63,923 bases of DNA, filler included, from an uncultured bacterium (GCA_964449065.1; 3 parts of 3 records of this genome joined end to end with filler, not necessarily neighbours in it), one strand, 5' to 3'; positions 18,053-28,503 are shown, numbered from the whole stretch's first letter. Notes: a model not told the origin generated them from the sequence alone. Numbers and translations: made by a program.

Positions 18053-20803
18053 ATGAGCAAGATATTCAGCATAGCCTGGTATGAAGCGAAAATGAGCAGC
18101 CGCAGCTGGCGGTTTTGGCTGCTGCTCACGTTGATCGCGGGCGTTTCGTGGTTTGCGCGGCAAGACTTTTTGGAAGTGGTGCGCGGCGGAATGTTTGTGC
18201 ATACAGCCTACAGTTTCGCGCACCCCAGTTTCTGGCTCATGTTCAGTGTCATCATGCTGGGGGCGGCCTCGTTGGGGCTTGATATCTGCGGGCGGCTGCG
18301 CAACAACGGGATGGATAAGATTATGTTCCCCCTGCCGTTTTCTTCCATGCAGCTGATGTGGGGACGCTTTTTGGGTGTGCTGTTTATTATGCTCCCCCTC
18401 AGCGCGCTGGGTGTGTTTTCGCTGGCGGTTTGGCATTACTTTTACGGACATGGATTTGTGATCTGGCAGCCGTTTGTGTATGCCTATTTGTATTTAATTT
18501 TGCCCTGCATGATTCCGGTAATTGTAACCGCCATTACCATGCGGACATTTTTTAAGCACGATTTCGCGGCGTTGCTGTTTGGTGCGGTTTTTATGCTTGC
18601 CGTCATGATCGTCGGGCAAAAAACCGGTGTGATTTTGGATGTACCGGAAGTGATGAACCGGCTGCGCGATTCCTCTCCAACGATTGGGGTGCGGCTGAAC
18701 TGGCGCAATCATACCGGCGCGTTTTGGGTGCACGGTTTGTACAGTTTGTTTGTGCTGTATCTGGGACCGCTTTATTTGCGGCGGCAGCAAATCCAAACGT
18801 GGGGCGCGGCGGCAGGCGACCGTTTCGGATTCTCGCGCCTCTTGGGGCATCTCTCGCGCTTTCGGATTGACCGCAATTTAGAGATGTCGTACCGGATTGC
18901 TTTAATCGTGCTGATTGGTGTGTGCACGGTCGGCGGCATTCGCGCGGGTCAGCATTACCAGGACATTTTGGAACAGGAACGGTTGGAAGAATCCTACCAA
19001 CGCATGATTGTGACGGAAACCAACCTCAATATGCCGGTCGATATCGCTTCCTATAAGATTGATATGTTGCCGTTGAAGAAAAACCGCCTGCCGCTTCATG
19101 CCGCGATGCAGTTCGAATTGAAAGGCGATACCGAACAACTGGTCTTTGAATTGGAACCCACATACGAATTGGACAGCGTGGCGTTGAACGGACAAAAGGT
19201 GCCGTTTGAGCGCCGGCTCGACCGGATTTATATTCAATCCCCATCCACAATCCAACCCGAAGATCAAGTGGAAGTGTCGTTTGCCTATGCTTGGAATGAG
19301 CCGCGGATCTCGCATGAATACGGCGTTCTGTTGGGGCGGTGGTATCCCGTGCCGGCGCGGCGGATTCAGGCCAGCGACAATAATCCCTATCTGGACCGCG
19401 AGCAAGATTTGTTTGACGCCGCCGTTACGGTTCATCTTGCCCATGGGCAAAACAGCGTGTTTGCCGGTGAGTTGATTCGGGATGAAGAGACGAACGGCGG
19501 CCGTGTGGAAGAATGGCGGACGAAGTATCCGGTCAATCATCTCGAACTGCGTTGGGGGTTGTACGACAAAGTGACAGTAGCGCGCGATTATTACCGCATC
19601 CACTTTTACCATCTCCCCTATCACGCCTACGAATCGCAAGTGATGCTGGAAGAAGTTCAGGATCAAGAAGAGTATGTGACGGAACGGTTGGGTGTGTTTC
19701 CGTTTGAAGATTTGGTGTTGGTGGAAACCCCCTACGACGAAGATGAATTCACCCATAACCGGTGGTGGAATCAACACGCGACTCCGGAAAACCAGCAGCC
19801 GCGGATGCCGGGGATGATCCGGATGCCGGAAGAGTTGCTTTCCTACATGCACGAAGGGATTTGGAGTTTGGAACGTTTGGATACAGACCCGCGCGAAGTC
19901 CCGTTTTATCAGATGCTGCGTTCAACCGTGTATACCGTGCGGGATTCATTTTATAAAAACTACATCAAAGCCTATTTTGAAGACGCGTTTCATCCGACCG
20001 GGGAACTGGCCTTTTGGCTGGAAGAATATTTGTACAGTTACGCGGCAAAGCTGCTGGAACAAAACCGGTGGGTGCAAAAGCAGGGATTGAATTTCAATAT
20101 CGGGACATCGAAAGACAAACCGGTGCACGCCGCGAAAGAAAAATCACTGGTGGAATTGCACCGTGAAGGTGATTATAAAGAATTGGAACGCGTTCGCGGC
20201 GAAGGGACGCTGCGGATGATTCACCACCTGCTGGGAGATGACGAGTGGTGGGCGGTGATCAAAAATATGTTTGAAGATAACCGCTTCAAAGAAATGCCGG
20301 TGAAAGAGTTGTTTCGCCAAGTGGAAGAACGCTATGGCGAACCGCTGGATTGGTTTGTGGAGCAATGGGTGTATGGAAGCGTGCTGCCGGAGTATCAAGT
20401 GGTGCAGGCGGAAGGCAAAATTTTAGAAGAACAATCCGGCGAAGACGAGTTTCGGGTATATTACGAGGCATCCATCAAAGTCAAAAATCATGGCACCGGG
20501 CGGATGGCGGTGCCGGTTTTTATCGAGACGGAGATGGATTATATTTTCCGCGATCTGTGGCTCGATTCGCAAGACGAACAAACGTTGACGTTAACCATGC
20601 CCAGCCGCCCCTTGTTCGCCACGGTAGACCCGGAAAATTGGGTGGTGAAGACGCCCTATTATGATCCCAATTTGAAGCGCCGAATTAATTCCGAAATGAA
20701 GGTATACATCCCCGGTGATGACCGGAAAAATGTCGGCCGGGGCTTTGAAGAAAGAGGCCGGCGTGGAAGAGGAAGACGCGGCGGGTTCCGTTTTGGATTT
20801 TAG
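18053..20803 (+). CDS. ABC permease fused to M1-aminopeptidase-like domain (probably inactive)
   Basis: N-terminal IAWYEAK plus TM segments; M1-like FPFEDLVLVE, WLEE, LRMIHHLLGD, LDWFVEQWVYG, VDPEN; no HEXXH seen. Confidence 0.75.
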   Translation: MSKIFSIAWYEAKMSSRSWRFWLLLTLIAGVSWFARQDFLEVVRGGMFVHTAYSFAHPSFWLMFSVIMLGAASLGLDICGRLRNNGMDKIMFPLPFSSMQLMWGRFLGVLFIMLPLSALGVFSLAVWHYFYGHGFVIWQPFVYAYLYLILPCMIPVIVTAITMRTFFKHDFAALLFGAVFMLAVMIVGQKTGVILDVPEVMNRLRDSSPTIGVRLNWRNHTGAFWVHGLYSLFVLYLGPLYLRRQQIQTWGAAAGDRFGFSRLLGHLSRFRIDRNLEMSYRIALIVLIGVCTVGGIRAGQHYQDILEQERLEESYQRMIVTETNLNMPVDIASYKIDMLPLKKNRLPLHAAMQFELKGDTEQLVFELEPTYELDSVALNGQKVPFERRLDRIYIQSPSTIQPEDQVEVSFAYAWNEPRISHEYGVLLGRWYPVPARRIQASDNNPYLDREQDLFDAAVTVHLAHGQNSVFAGELIRDEETNGGRVEEWRTKYPVNHLELRWGLYDKVTVARDYYRIHFYHLPYHAYESQVMLEEVQDQEEYVTERLGVFPFEDLVLVETPYDEDEFTHNRWWNQHATPENQQPRMPGMIRMPEELLSYMHEGIWSLERLDTDPREVPFYQMLRSTVYTVRDSFYKNYIKAYFEDAFHPTGELAFWLEEYLYSYAAKLLEQNRWVQKQGLNFNIGTSKDKPVHAAKEKSLVELHREGDYKELERVRGEGTLRMIHHLLGDDEWWAVIKNMFEDNRFKEMPVKELFRQVEERYGEPLDWFVEQWVYGSVLPEYQVVQAEGKILEEQSGEDEFRVYYEASIKVKNHGTGRMAVPVFIETEMDYIFRDLWLDSQDEQTLTLTMPSRPLFATVDPENWVVKTPYYDPNLKRRINSEMKVYIPGDDRKNVGRGFEERGRRGRGRRGGFRFGF

Positions 20804-20862
20804 GTTCAACGCGTTCGCGAATACCAGAAAGAGAATGCGATCTGTTGCCGAAGGTATAAATC

Positions 20863-23800
20863 ATGTTTCTATCTGAAGTGGCTGTGAAACGGCCTGTTAC
20901 AACCATGATGTTTTTCGCCGCCATTGTCCTGCTGGGCATCGTATCGGTGATGCGTTTGCCCTTGCAGATGCTGCCGGATATGTCGCCGCCGGTCGGTGGA
21001 TTGCGCGTTTTTACGTATGAAGAATACAGCGCGGAAGAATTTGAACGGAATTTTATTGAACCATTAGAGGGCATTGTTTCGCAAATCCCAAACATAAAAA
21101 ATACCCGTGTATTTAGCGATGGAGAAAACTTCGCCTTTTTCACGCTGGAATTTGAATTCGGGACCAATGTGAAATACCGCGTGGTTGAATTGCAAGACAA
21201 AGCCAATCAGTTTATGCGCGAATTTCCCCGCAACACGATGAATGTGCGCGCGTTTCAATTCGAGACCTCCCGCTTTAATGAAGAGTTTATGGAAGTGGAA
21301 ATTGTTGGACCGCGTTCAGATCCGCACGTGGAAGGGGTTGATATCGAAAAACTACGCCAGCAATTGATTAACATTGATGGGGTAGCCGAAGCGGATTTGT
21401 GGGGCGGACGCGAGCGCACGGTGGATGTGCAAATTATGCAAGACCGGCTGCGCGAGTTTGGGGTTGGGATGTTCAACGTACGCAACACGGTCGAAACCTT
21501 TGCCGGAGAACCGGTCTTTTTGGGAGAAATTGAAGAAGGGAAACAACGCTATTTTGTGCGCTTCGACGGGCAATTTAAAGATACCGGTGAGATTGAAGAT
21601 GTCATTGTAAAAGAGGAGGGCAATATCGCGATCCGGCATTTGGGAGAAGTCAACGATTATTACCGCAGCCGCCGCCAACTCCGGCGCCACAACGGGCAGC
21701 CCTCGATTAACTTGGAATTGGAAAAAGAAGCCGATGTCAATGTGCTCGAACTTTCCAACCGGACGCATGGCGTGATCGCGCAAATCAACTCGGAGTTGCC
21801 GCCTGGATATAATATCATGGTGGAACGCGATCAGGCGGATCAAATCAAAGACATGCTGTGGACTCTTTCGAAGTTGGCGATGATGGGTGTTGTGCTGTCC
21901 ATGTTTGTTCTGTATTTGTTCGTGCGCAATCTCAAAATGACGCTGATTATCTGTGTCGTCATTCCGATCTGCATCGTGGCCACATTTAACTTGATGTACT
22001 TCAGCGGGATGACGATCAACATGCTGACCCTGATGGGCCTGGCGGTAGGCGTCGGTATTTTGATCGACAGTTCGATTGTGGTGCTGGAAAATATCTTCCG
22101 GCATCATGAGCAAGGGAAAAGCGCGATGCACTCAGCAGTAGTCGGCAGCCACGAGGTGGGAATTGCCGTATTCGCTTTGACCTTAACTAACGTGGTGGTC
22201 TTTTTGCCCATCATTTTCATTGAAGGGCAAATTCGGATTATGTTCACCGAAGGGGCGCTGGCCATCATTTATCCCATGTTAATCTCGATGATTGTGGCCC
22301 TTACGCTGATCCCGATGGGCTGCTCAAAAATTCTGCAATTTTCACGAAGAAAAATGCGGGCCAAAACGCTTCCTGCACAAATCGAAGCGGGCAGTTTGGC
22401 GTTCGCCGCCCCTCCTGTCCCGGTTGGGGTTTCTCAGGCTTCTAAACTTTTAACCATGTCGAATATCAAAAAGCAGTACGGCAAAATCCTGAAATCGTGT
22501 TTGCGCCACCGGGTCCGATTGTTTTTAGCCATTGTCATGGTGTGTATGTATACCTATTTCTACAGCATGAGCCGCGTCAATCAGGATGTGCTGGAACCAC
22601 CGCCGGATCATGATTGGTTCCAAGTGTATGTCTATCTGCCGGAAGGAACCAAGCAGGATCACACCATTGAAGTCGTCAACGCGGTAGAAGATATCATTAT
22701 CGAGAATGTGCCGGAGCGGCATCATACCGGTTCGCGGATTGATGAAGATTGGGCGGTCATTTGGACGCGGTTAAAAGACGACCGGGAACGGGAACAGCCG
22801 GAAATCAAGGAAAGCCTGCGTCCGGTTTTTGAAGCCTTTGCAAGCGCGGAGGTGTCGTTTAACCGCCGCAGCCGGGGGGATAATGCCGAACCGCCCGTCG
22901 AAACGGGCCGCAGCGGGATGATTGAAATCCGCGGGCCGGAGTATGGGCAGATTCAAACCATTGCCAATACCTTTATCGAACAGGCCGAAAACGTGCCGGG
23001 CGTGCGCGATGTGCAAAGCCAAACCGAAGGCGGCGCGCTGGAAGTGAACTTTATCCTGGACCGCGAGCGCGCGGCGCACTTGCAGATCACCCCGCAATCG
23101 GTTGCACAGGCCATTCAAAGCGCGCAGCGCCAGGGAGAATCGTCCTCGATTGAAATGAAAAAAGGCGACAGCGAAATCATGATCGTGTTTTCCCAGGTGG
23201 AAGAATTGATTGATATTTCCGAACTGGATAACGCGGATGAGGGACTGAAATTTGATGAACTGCTTCGAATTCCGGTTTTTTCACCCACGGTGGGAGGGAC
23301 GATCAGTTTATCCGAATTGGGGCGGTTTGAAATTCGCCGCGGCATGGGACAGTTGCAGCGGGAAAATCAGGAACGGATCGGCAAGATCGTGTTTGAAACC
23401 GCTCCGGACGCGAACTTTAAAGAAGTCGAAACCGCCATGCAAACACTCATGGATAACTATCCTATCAAGGCGGGCTACCGCATGTCGCTTGGGGGACGCT
23501 CCCGAACGATTGATGAAAATATGCAGGCGTTTACGCAAATGATTTACCTGGCGTTTTTGCTGGTGTATATGTGTATGGCCTCGCTGTTTGAATCGTTTAG
23601 CAAGCCGTTGGTGGTGTTTCTATCGGTGCCGCTCGCGATTGTCGGTATTGTATGGATGTTTATTTTTACGAATACCCCGTTTACGGAAACGGCGGCGCTG
23701 GGTGCGTTGTTCTTGGTGGGGATATTGCCGAACAGCGCGATTTTGCTGGTGCATTATACGAGTTATCTCATCCGCAATTATAACTATCCCCGTGAACGGG

Positions 23801-25161
23801 CGATTATGCGGTCGGGTTACAACCGGCTGCGTCCCATCTTTATGACAGTGATGACAACTTGTTTGGGCATCTTGCCGCTGGCGGTTGATATTCGCGGCAG
23901 TGAAGAATGGACCCCCTTCGCGCGCTGTGTCATCGGCGGCCTTTTAAGCAGCACGGTCTTGACGCTGATTATTGTGCCGGGATTTTATTTTATCGTGGAA
24001 GATTTGATGAAGGGCATTCAGGTCGTCATGCGCTATATCAGCAGCTGGCGCTGGATCTTTGTCTTTTGGAATAAAACAAGCCGGACCGCCTACCGCCAGC
24101 GAATTACCGCTTACCGTCAAAAGCCAACGCCGGATGAGCCGCTGGAAATTGTAGTGGAGTATCTAGTCCGCATTTATCAACCGCCGTTTTTGGAGCGGAT
24201 GCTGGGTAAGATTAAACGAATTTTGTCGATGAATACCTATTCAACGGCGACCGGGTTTATCCCGCAGCCGGTAGCGGCACCATCGGCTCATGCAACGCAA
24301 GCGCGCACCAAAGCGCTGGACGGCATACACGTGAATTTAGGGCCGGGGATTTATGGTCTCTTGGGGCCGAACGGCGCGGGGAAAACCACGTTGCTGCGTC
24401 TCTTAGCGGGAATAGATCAACCCACCCGCGGGTTTTTATCAGTATGCGGATACGACATGAAGACGAACGCGCGGGATATCCAAAAGCTGATCGGATATCT
24501 GCCGCAAGAGTTCGGCGTGTACACTCATTTATCCGCGGAAAAGTATTTGGATTACTTTGCGCTGATGAAGGGAATCAAAACCACGGCCGAACGCAAAAAC
24601 GCTGTGGATGCCGCGCTGGAGATGGTGAATTTGAACGAACAGCGGCATACGCCGGTCGGGCAGTTTTCAGGCGGGATGAAACGGCGCATCGGTTTGGCGC
24701 AAATCTTTGTGAAACCGCCGAAGGTGTTGATTGTGGATGAACCAACAGTTGGGCTGGATCCGATTGAGCGGGTACGCTTTCGCAATTTGCTGGTCAAATT
24801 AAGCCAAGACCGGATTGTGATTTTATCCACCCACATTGTGGATGATGTGGCGCATACCTGCAAAAACGTCGGCGTGATGAACAAAGGACGGCTGCTGTTT
24901 AACGGCAGTACATCCAACTTTGTAGAAACGGTGCAAGGCAAAGTGTGGCAAATGACTGTACCTATTGAAATGACACAAGGCGTGAATCAAGATGAATGGC
25001 GCGCGTTTCGTAAGACCTATCAAATCGTGGGACAGCATCATACCGCGGACGGCATTCATTTGCGGGTGGTTGCCGATGATGCGCCGCGGCCGGATGCGGT
25101 GAACGCGCAGCCGACGCTGGAAGACGCTTATATCTATCATACACATGTAAAAGCACAGTAA
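20863..25161 (+). CDS. RND permease fused to C-terminal ABC ATPase
   Basis: RND motifs LIDSSIVVLENI and RLRPIFMT, then in the same frame GPNGAGKT, FSGGM, IVDEPT, STH, PTLEDAY. Confidence 0.9.
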   Translation: MFLSEVAVKRPVTTMMFFAAIVLLGIVSVMRLPLQMLPDMSPPVGGLRVFTYEEYSAEEFERNFIEPLEGIVSQIPNIKNTRVFSDGENFAFFTLEFEFGTNVKYRVVELQDKANQFMREFPRNTMNVRAFQFETSRFNEEFMEVEIVGPRSDPHVEGVDIEKLRQQLINIDGVAEADLWGGRERTVDVQIMQDRLREFGVGMFNVRNTVETFAGEPVFLGEIEEGKQRYFVRFDGQFKDTGEIEDVIVKEEGNIAIRHLGEVNDYYRSRRQLRRHNGQPSINLELEKEADVNVLELSNRTHGVIAQINSELPPGYNIMVERDQADQIKDMLWTLSKLAMMGVVLSMFVLYLFVRNLKMTLIICVVIPICIVATFNLMYFSGMTINMLTLMGLAVGVGILIDSSIVVLENIFRHHEQGKSAMHSAVVGSHEVGIAVFALTLTNVVVFLPIIFIEGQIRIMFTEGALAIIYPMLISMIVALTLIPMGCSKILQFSRRKMRAKTLPAQIEAGSLAFAAPPVPVGVSQASKLLTMSNIKKQYGKILKSCLRHRVRLFLAIVMVCMYTYFYSMSRVNQDVLEPPPDHDWFQVYVYLPEGTKQDHTIEVVNAVEDIIIENVPERHHTGSRIDEDWAVIWTRLKDDREREQPEIKESLRPVFEAFASAEVSFNRRSRGDNAEPPVETGRSGMIEIRGPEYGQIQTIANTFIEQAENVPGVRDVQSQTEGGALEVNFILDRERAAHLQITPQSVAQAIQSAQRQGESSSIEMKKGDSEIMIVFSQVEELIDISELDNADEGLKFDELLRIPVFSPTVGGTISLSELGRFEIRRGMGQLQRENQERIGKIVFETAPDANFKEVETAMQTLMDNYPIKAGYRMSLGGRSRTIDENMQAFTQMIYLAFLLVYMCMASLFESFSKPLVVFLSVPLAIVGIVWMFIFTNTPFTETAALGALFLVGILPNSAILLVHYTSYLIRNYNYPRERAIMRSGYNRLRPIFMTVMTTCLGILPLAVDIRGSEEWTPFARCVIGGLLSSTVLTLIIVPGFYFIVEDLMKGIQVVMRYISSWRWIFVFWNKTSRTAYRQRITAYRQKPTPDEPLEIVVEYLVRIYQPPFLERMLGKIKRILSMNTYSTATGFIPQPVAAPSAHATQARTKALDGIHVNLGPGIYGLLGPNGAGKTTLLRLLAGIDQPTRGFLSVCGYDMKTNARDIQKLIGYLPQEFGVYTHLSAEKYLDYFALMKGIKTTAERKNAVDAALEMVNLNEQRHTPVGQFSGGMKRRIGLAQIFVKPPKVLIVDEPTVGLDPIERVRFRNLLVKLSQDRIVILSTHIVDDVAHTCKNVGVMNKGRLLFNGSTSNFVETVQGKVWQMTVPIEMTQGVNQDEWRAFRKTYQIVGQHHTADGIHLRVVADDAPRPDAVNAQPTLEDAYIYHTHVKAQ

Positions 25162-25370
25162 GGGCAACGTACTTCTCCCCCCCGCCTCTTATTTTCTCTT
25201 TTGGGGAGAAGGCAATACAGGTATCGCTTTATGAAAGCATAGAGTAGATTTTGATTTCAATGGTTTAGAACTAGTACTTTGTCAATCAAAAAATGACGGC
25301 TGGCTATCCGTTGTTCCCCCCTTGTTAAGGGGGGTAAGGGGGGATCGAAGCACGCTTCCAACGACGCAAA

Positions 25371-25470
25371 NNNNNNNNNNNNNNNNNNNNNNNNNNNNNN
25401 NNNNNNNNNNNNNNTTAATTAATTAANNNNNNNNNNNNNNNNNNNNNNNNNNNNNNNNNNNNNNNNNNNN
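25371..25470. other. Scaffold gap with TTAATTAATTAA linker
   Basis: Run of N with an artificial spacer. Confidence 0.98.
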
Positions 25471-26169
25471 AGCACCGAACCCTCAGATAAAGCGTTGGGG
25501 GATATAGCGAAAGGCTAACACCATCTGGCTGGTAATGCTGATTTCCAACTTGATTATGCAATTTCTAATTTGGATTGTTCACTAAAATCAAATCGGCTAA
25601 CCATGATTCCTTCATTTGAATGCTAAGGGGAAAACTTTCTTCAAACGGCTGACTTATTACTTTACGGATTATGGCTCTCTTCACACCCCCTCTGTCCTCC
25701 TTACGTCGGACATCTCCCCCAAAATGATTGGGGGAGAAATGGCATCGGCAGGCAGGAAGCCTTGCACCACCATAAAAGATTTTTTGCCGTTCCTTCATTC
25801 ATAGTGAACTTTTCTATTTGAAAATGGTATTACACGCGATTGTACAAGATGCTCATATAACAAGACTTACAAAAGTGTTAGTTCGGAGTGATAAGTCCAA
25901 CGAATTCAAGAAATTCTACGATTGACTGCTCTCACCATTTTGGTGATTATTTTTAACTGCTCCGCAGTTTATAATTCTATTATATTCAGAAAGTTATGGC
26001 ATACCTTTTCAATATCAACTGCTTTTTTTAGAATCATACGCGACCTCCCACCCTTTGTATCGTCTACAAAATTGGGAGAGAAGACATCGTGTTTTCAGAT
26101 TTGACTCCTTCAGTCGATGACATTGCCCCCTGCCTCTCTTTAATATGGGAGGGGAAACAACGACAAACT

Positions 26170-27978
26170 CTACTTCCTCCTGTTTGCCGGTAAGACCGTT
26201 TTACGCAGCCTTACGGATTTCGGTGTAACCTCAACCATTTCGTCATCGCGGATGAAGTCGATGGCTTTTTCGAGCGTCATCGGCAGGACGGGCATTAGTT
26301 GGGTGCCTTCGTCTTTGGTAGCACTGCGCATGTTGGTGAGTTTTTTCTCTTTGCTGGCGTTGACATTCAGATCATTTTCACGATTGTGCTCTCCAACGAT
26401 CATGCCTTCATACAACTGCTCGCCCGGCGTGACAAACAGGGTGCCGCGGGGTTCGAGGTTGGAAAGCGCGTAGGTGACCGCGATTCCCTGCCGGTCGGCG
26501 ACCAACGATCCGGTGTGGCGGGTCGGAAAATCACCACGAAATTCTTCATAGCCTCCCAGGTAGGAATTGAGGATTCCGGTGCCTTTGGTGTCGGTCAAGA
26601 ACTCATTGCGGTAGCCGATGAGACCGCGCGCGGGGATAGAGAATTCCATCCGGACGCGGCCGGTGCCGTGATTGACCAAATTGATCATGCGGCCTTTGCG
26701 AATCGAGAGTTTTTCGGTGACGATACCGACGAAGTCTTCATCACAGTCGACATAAAGGTGTTCAATGGGCTCCATGGTATTGCCGTCTTTCTCGTGCATG
26801 ATAACCTGTGGGCGCCCGACGGTGAGTTCAAAGCCTTCGCGGCGCATGGCTTCGATCAGGACCACCATCTGCAATTCGCCGCGGCCTTTGACGCGGTAGA
26901 CGTTGGCGTCCTCGGTTTCTTCCACTTGAACGGATACGTTGCTGAGCGTTTCTTTGTAAAGGCGGTCGCGGATTTTGGTGGATTGCACAATCTTGCCTTC
27001 TTTGCCCGCGAAGGGAGATGTGTTGACGCCAAAGCGCATGGTTACGGTGGGTTCATCCACGGTGATGCGCTTGAGTGCTTTGGGGTTGTCTTTGGTGCAG
27101 ATGGTATCGCCGATGTGGACATTGTCGATCCCGGCGAGGACGATGATATCGCCGGCATGGGCTTCATCGGCGTCTGCGAATTCGATTCCGGCGTAGACTT
27201 GCAGTTTGGAAATCTGCAAATTCGAAACGCTATCGTGCTCTCCTAAGCAGACCAATTGCTCGTTCTTCTTCGCGTTTCCGTTCCAGACCTTCCCGACCGC
27301 AAGGCGCCCCAAAAAGTCGGAATAGTCCAAATCGGTGACCAGCATTTGGAACGGCTGGCCGGGGTCGTACCGCGGAGGCGGGACTTCACTGAGAATTAAA
27401 TCAAACAGCGGGGACAAATCTTTGCCGGGGGTGTCAAGTTCGGGCTGGGCGATGCCGTCGCGGCCAATGGCGTAGAGCACGGGAAACTCAATCTGTTCTT
27501 CGTTGGCGTCAAGATCGATAAAGAGATCGTAGACCATGTTCAGCACTTCTTGCGGTTGGGCGTCTTTGCGGTCAATTTTGTTGACCACCACGATGACTTT
27601 GTGATTGAGTTCCAGCGCCTTTCCCAGGACGAAACGGGTTTGAGGCAAGGGACCTTCGGCGCTGTCCACCAGCAGGATGACGCCTTCGACCATGCTGAGG
27701 GCGCGTTCGACCTCGCCGCCGAAATCGGCGTGACCGGGGGTATCCAAGATGTTGATTTTAATGCCATTCCAAATCACGGAACAATTTTTAGCGGCGATGG
27801 TGATGCCGCGTTCGCGTTCTTGGTCCATGCTGTCCATCACGCGCTCGTCGATTTGTTTGTGGGTTTCGAATGTGCCGGATTGCTTGAACATTTGGTCGAC
27901 CAAGGTTGTTTTGCCGTGGTCAACGTGGGCGATGATGGCGATATTACGAATGCCGTCATTGGTGGCTGTCGTTTTCAT
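26170..27978 (-). CDS. typA: Translational GTPase TypA/BipA
   Basis: IRNIAIIAHVDHGKTTLVD, ERERGITI, DTPGHADFGGEVER, KKLTNMRS, VEVTPKSVRLRK. Confidence 0.97.
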   Translation of the reverse strand: MKTTATNDGIRNIAIIAHVDHGKTTLVDQMFKQSGTFETHKQIDERVMDSMDQERERGITIAAKNCSVIWNGIKINILDTPGHADFGGEVERALSMVEGVILLVDSAEGPLPQTRFVLGKALELNHKVIVVVNKIDRKDAQPQEVLNMVYDLFIDLDANEEQIEFPVLYAIGRDGIAQPELDTPGKDLSPLFDLILSEVPPPRYDPGQPFQMLVTDLDYSDFLGRLAVGKVWNGNAKKNEQLVCLGEHDSVSNLQISKLQVYAGIEFADADEAHAGDIIVLAGIDNVHIGDTICTKDNPKALKRITVDEPTVTMRFGVNTSPFAGKEGKIVQSTKIRDRLYKETLSNVSVQVEETEDANVYRVKGRGELQMVVLIEAMRREGFELTVGRPQVIMHEKDGNTMEPIEHLYVDCDEDFVGIVTEKLSIRKGRMINLVNHGTGRVRMEFSIPARGLIGYRNEFLTDTKGTGILNSYLGGYEEFRGDFPTRHTGSLVADRQGIAVTYALSNLEPRGTLFVTPGEQLYEGMIVGEHNRENDLNVNASKEKKLTNMRSATKDEGTQLMPVLPMTLEKAIDFIRDDEMVEVTPKSVRLRKTVLPANRRK

Positions 27979-28222
27979 TTCAGTACGCTTTCTAACCAGA
28001 GTTATTACCCATTTTTTTTTAGGATTGTCAAGAAAGAAACTATCGAAGTCTTTCTTTCGCTGAGGCTTATCGCCGCGCTTATTTTTCAATCCAAATTCGA
28101 AACGGTATAAATGATCGTTAGGCATTATCCCGTTGGTATAGGCGGAACAACCGCCGTAACGGGAATGCCAAAGGAGTGATTATATCTACTGAAATTTTAG
28201 CGGCAATGCAATGAGCAAAAAC

Positions 28223-28407
28223 GGAGGCATGTCCTTTCTCCCAGTGGTCATGGGGCGGGACAGAATTCCGGTTGGATTCACGAAGCAGTTGCGATCGAAA
28301 GGTAACGCAATGGCGCCAATCCCCTCACGCGAAGAACAACGGGGTTCTTTCAGGTTCAAAGGGTTTCATACCGGTGTAATTTTGGATTATTGGGAAACGA
28401 AGCATCC
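28223..28407 (+). ncRNA. Candidate ~185-nt structured RNA of unknown family
   Basis: Ends pair with several G-U pairs on the + strand; CCGGTTGGA/TTCATACCGG stem, TTGCGATC-GAAA-GGTAACGCAA GNRA hairpin, GAAGAAC/GTTCTTTC hairpin. Confidence 0.35.
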
Positions 28408-28503
28408 AGCATTTCTTTCACGGAGATGTATCGCCGCGCTTACTCTACAATTCAAACTCTACAATTCAAAATAGAAACCGTATTCAATTTTGGGCAAGAT
28501 CAT

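Noticed and set aside
25415..25426. TTAATTAATTAA palindrome (also 50817-50828)
   Set aside because: Artificial stop-codon linker inside N gaps.
26299..27246. Long antisense ORFs (also 18902-19852, 15231-15935, 38731-39522)
   Set aside because: Shadow frames of well-supported genes, with no recognisable motifs.
28290..28380. Canonical TPP riboswitch, RNase P RNA or SRP RNA
   Set aside because: Only partial resemblance; the CTGAGA, GAGGAAAGTCC and SRP core motifs are absent. Kept only as an unclassified candidate.
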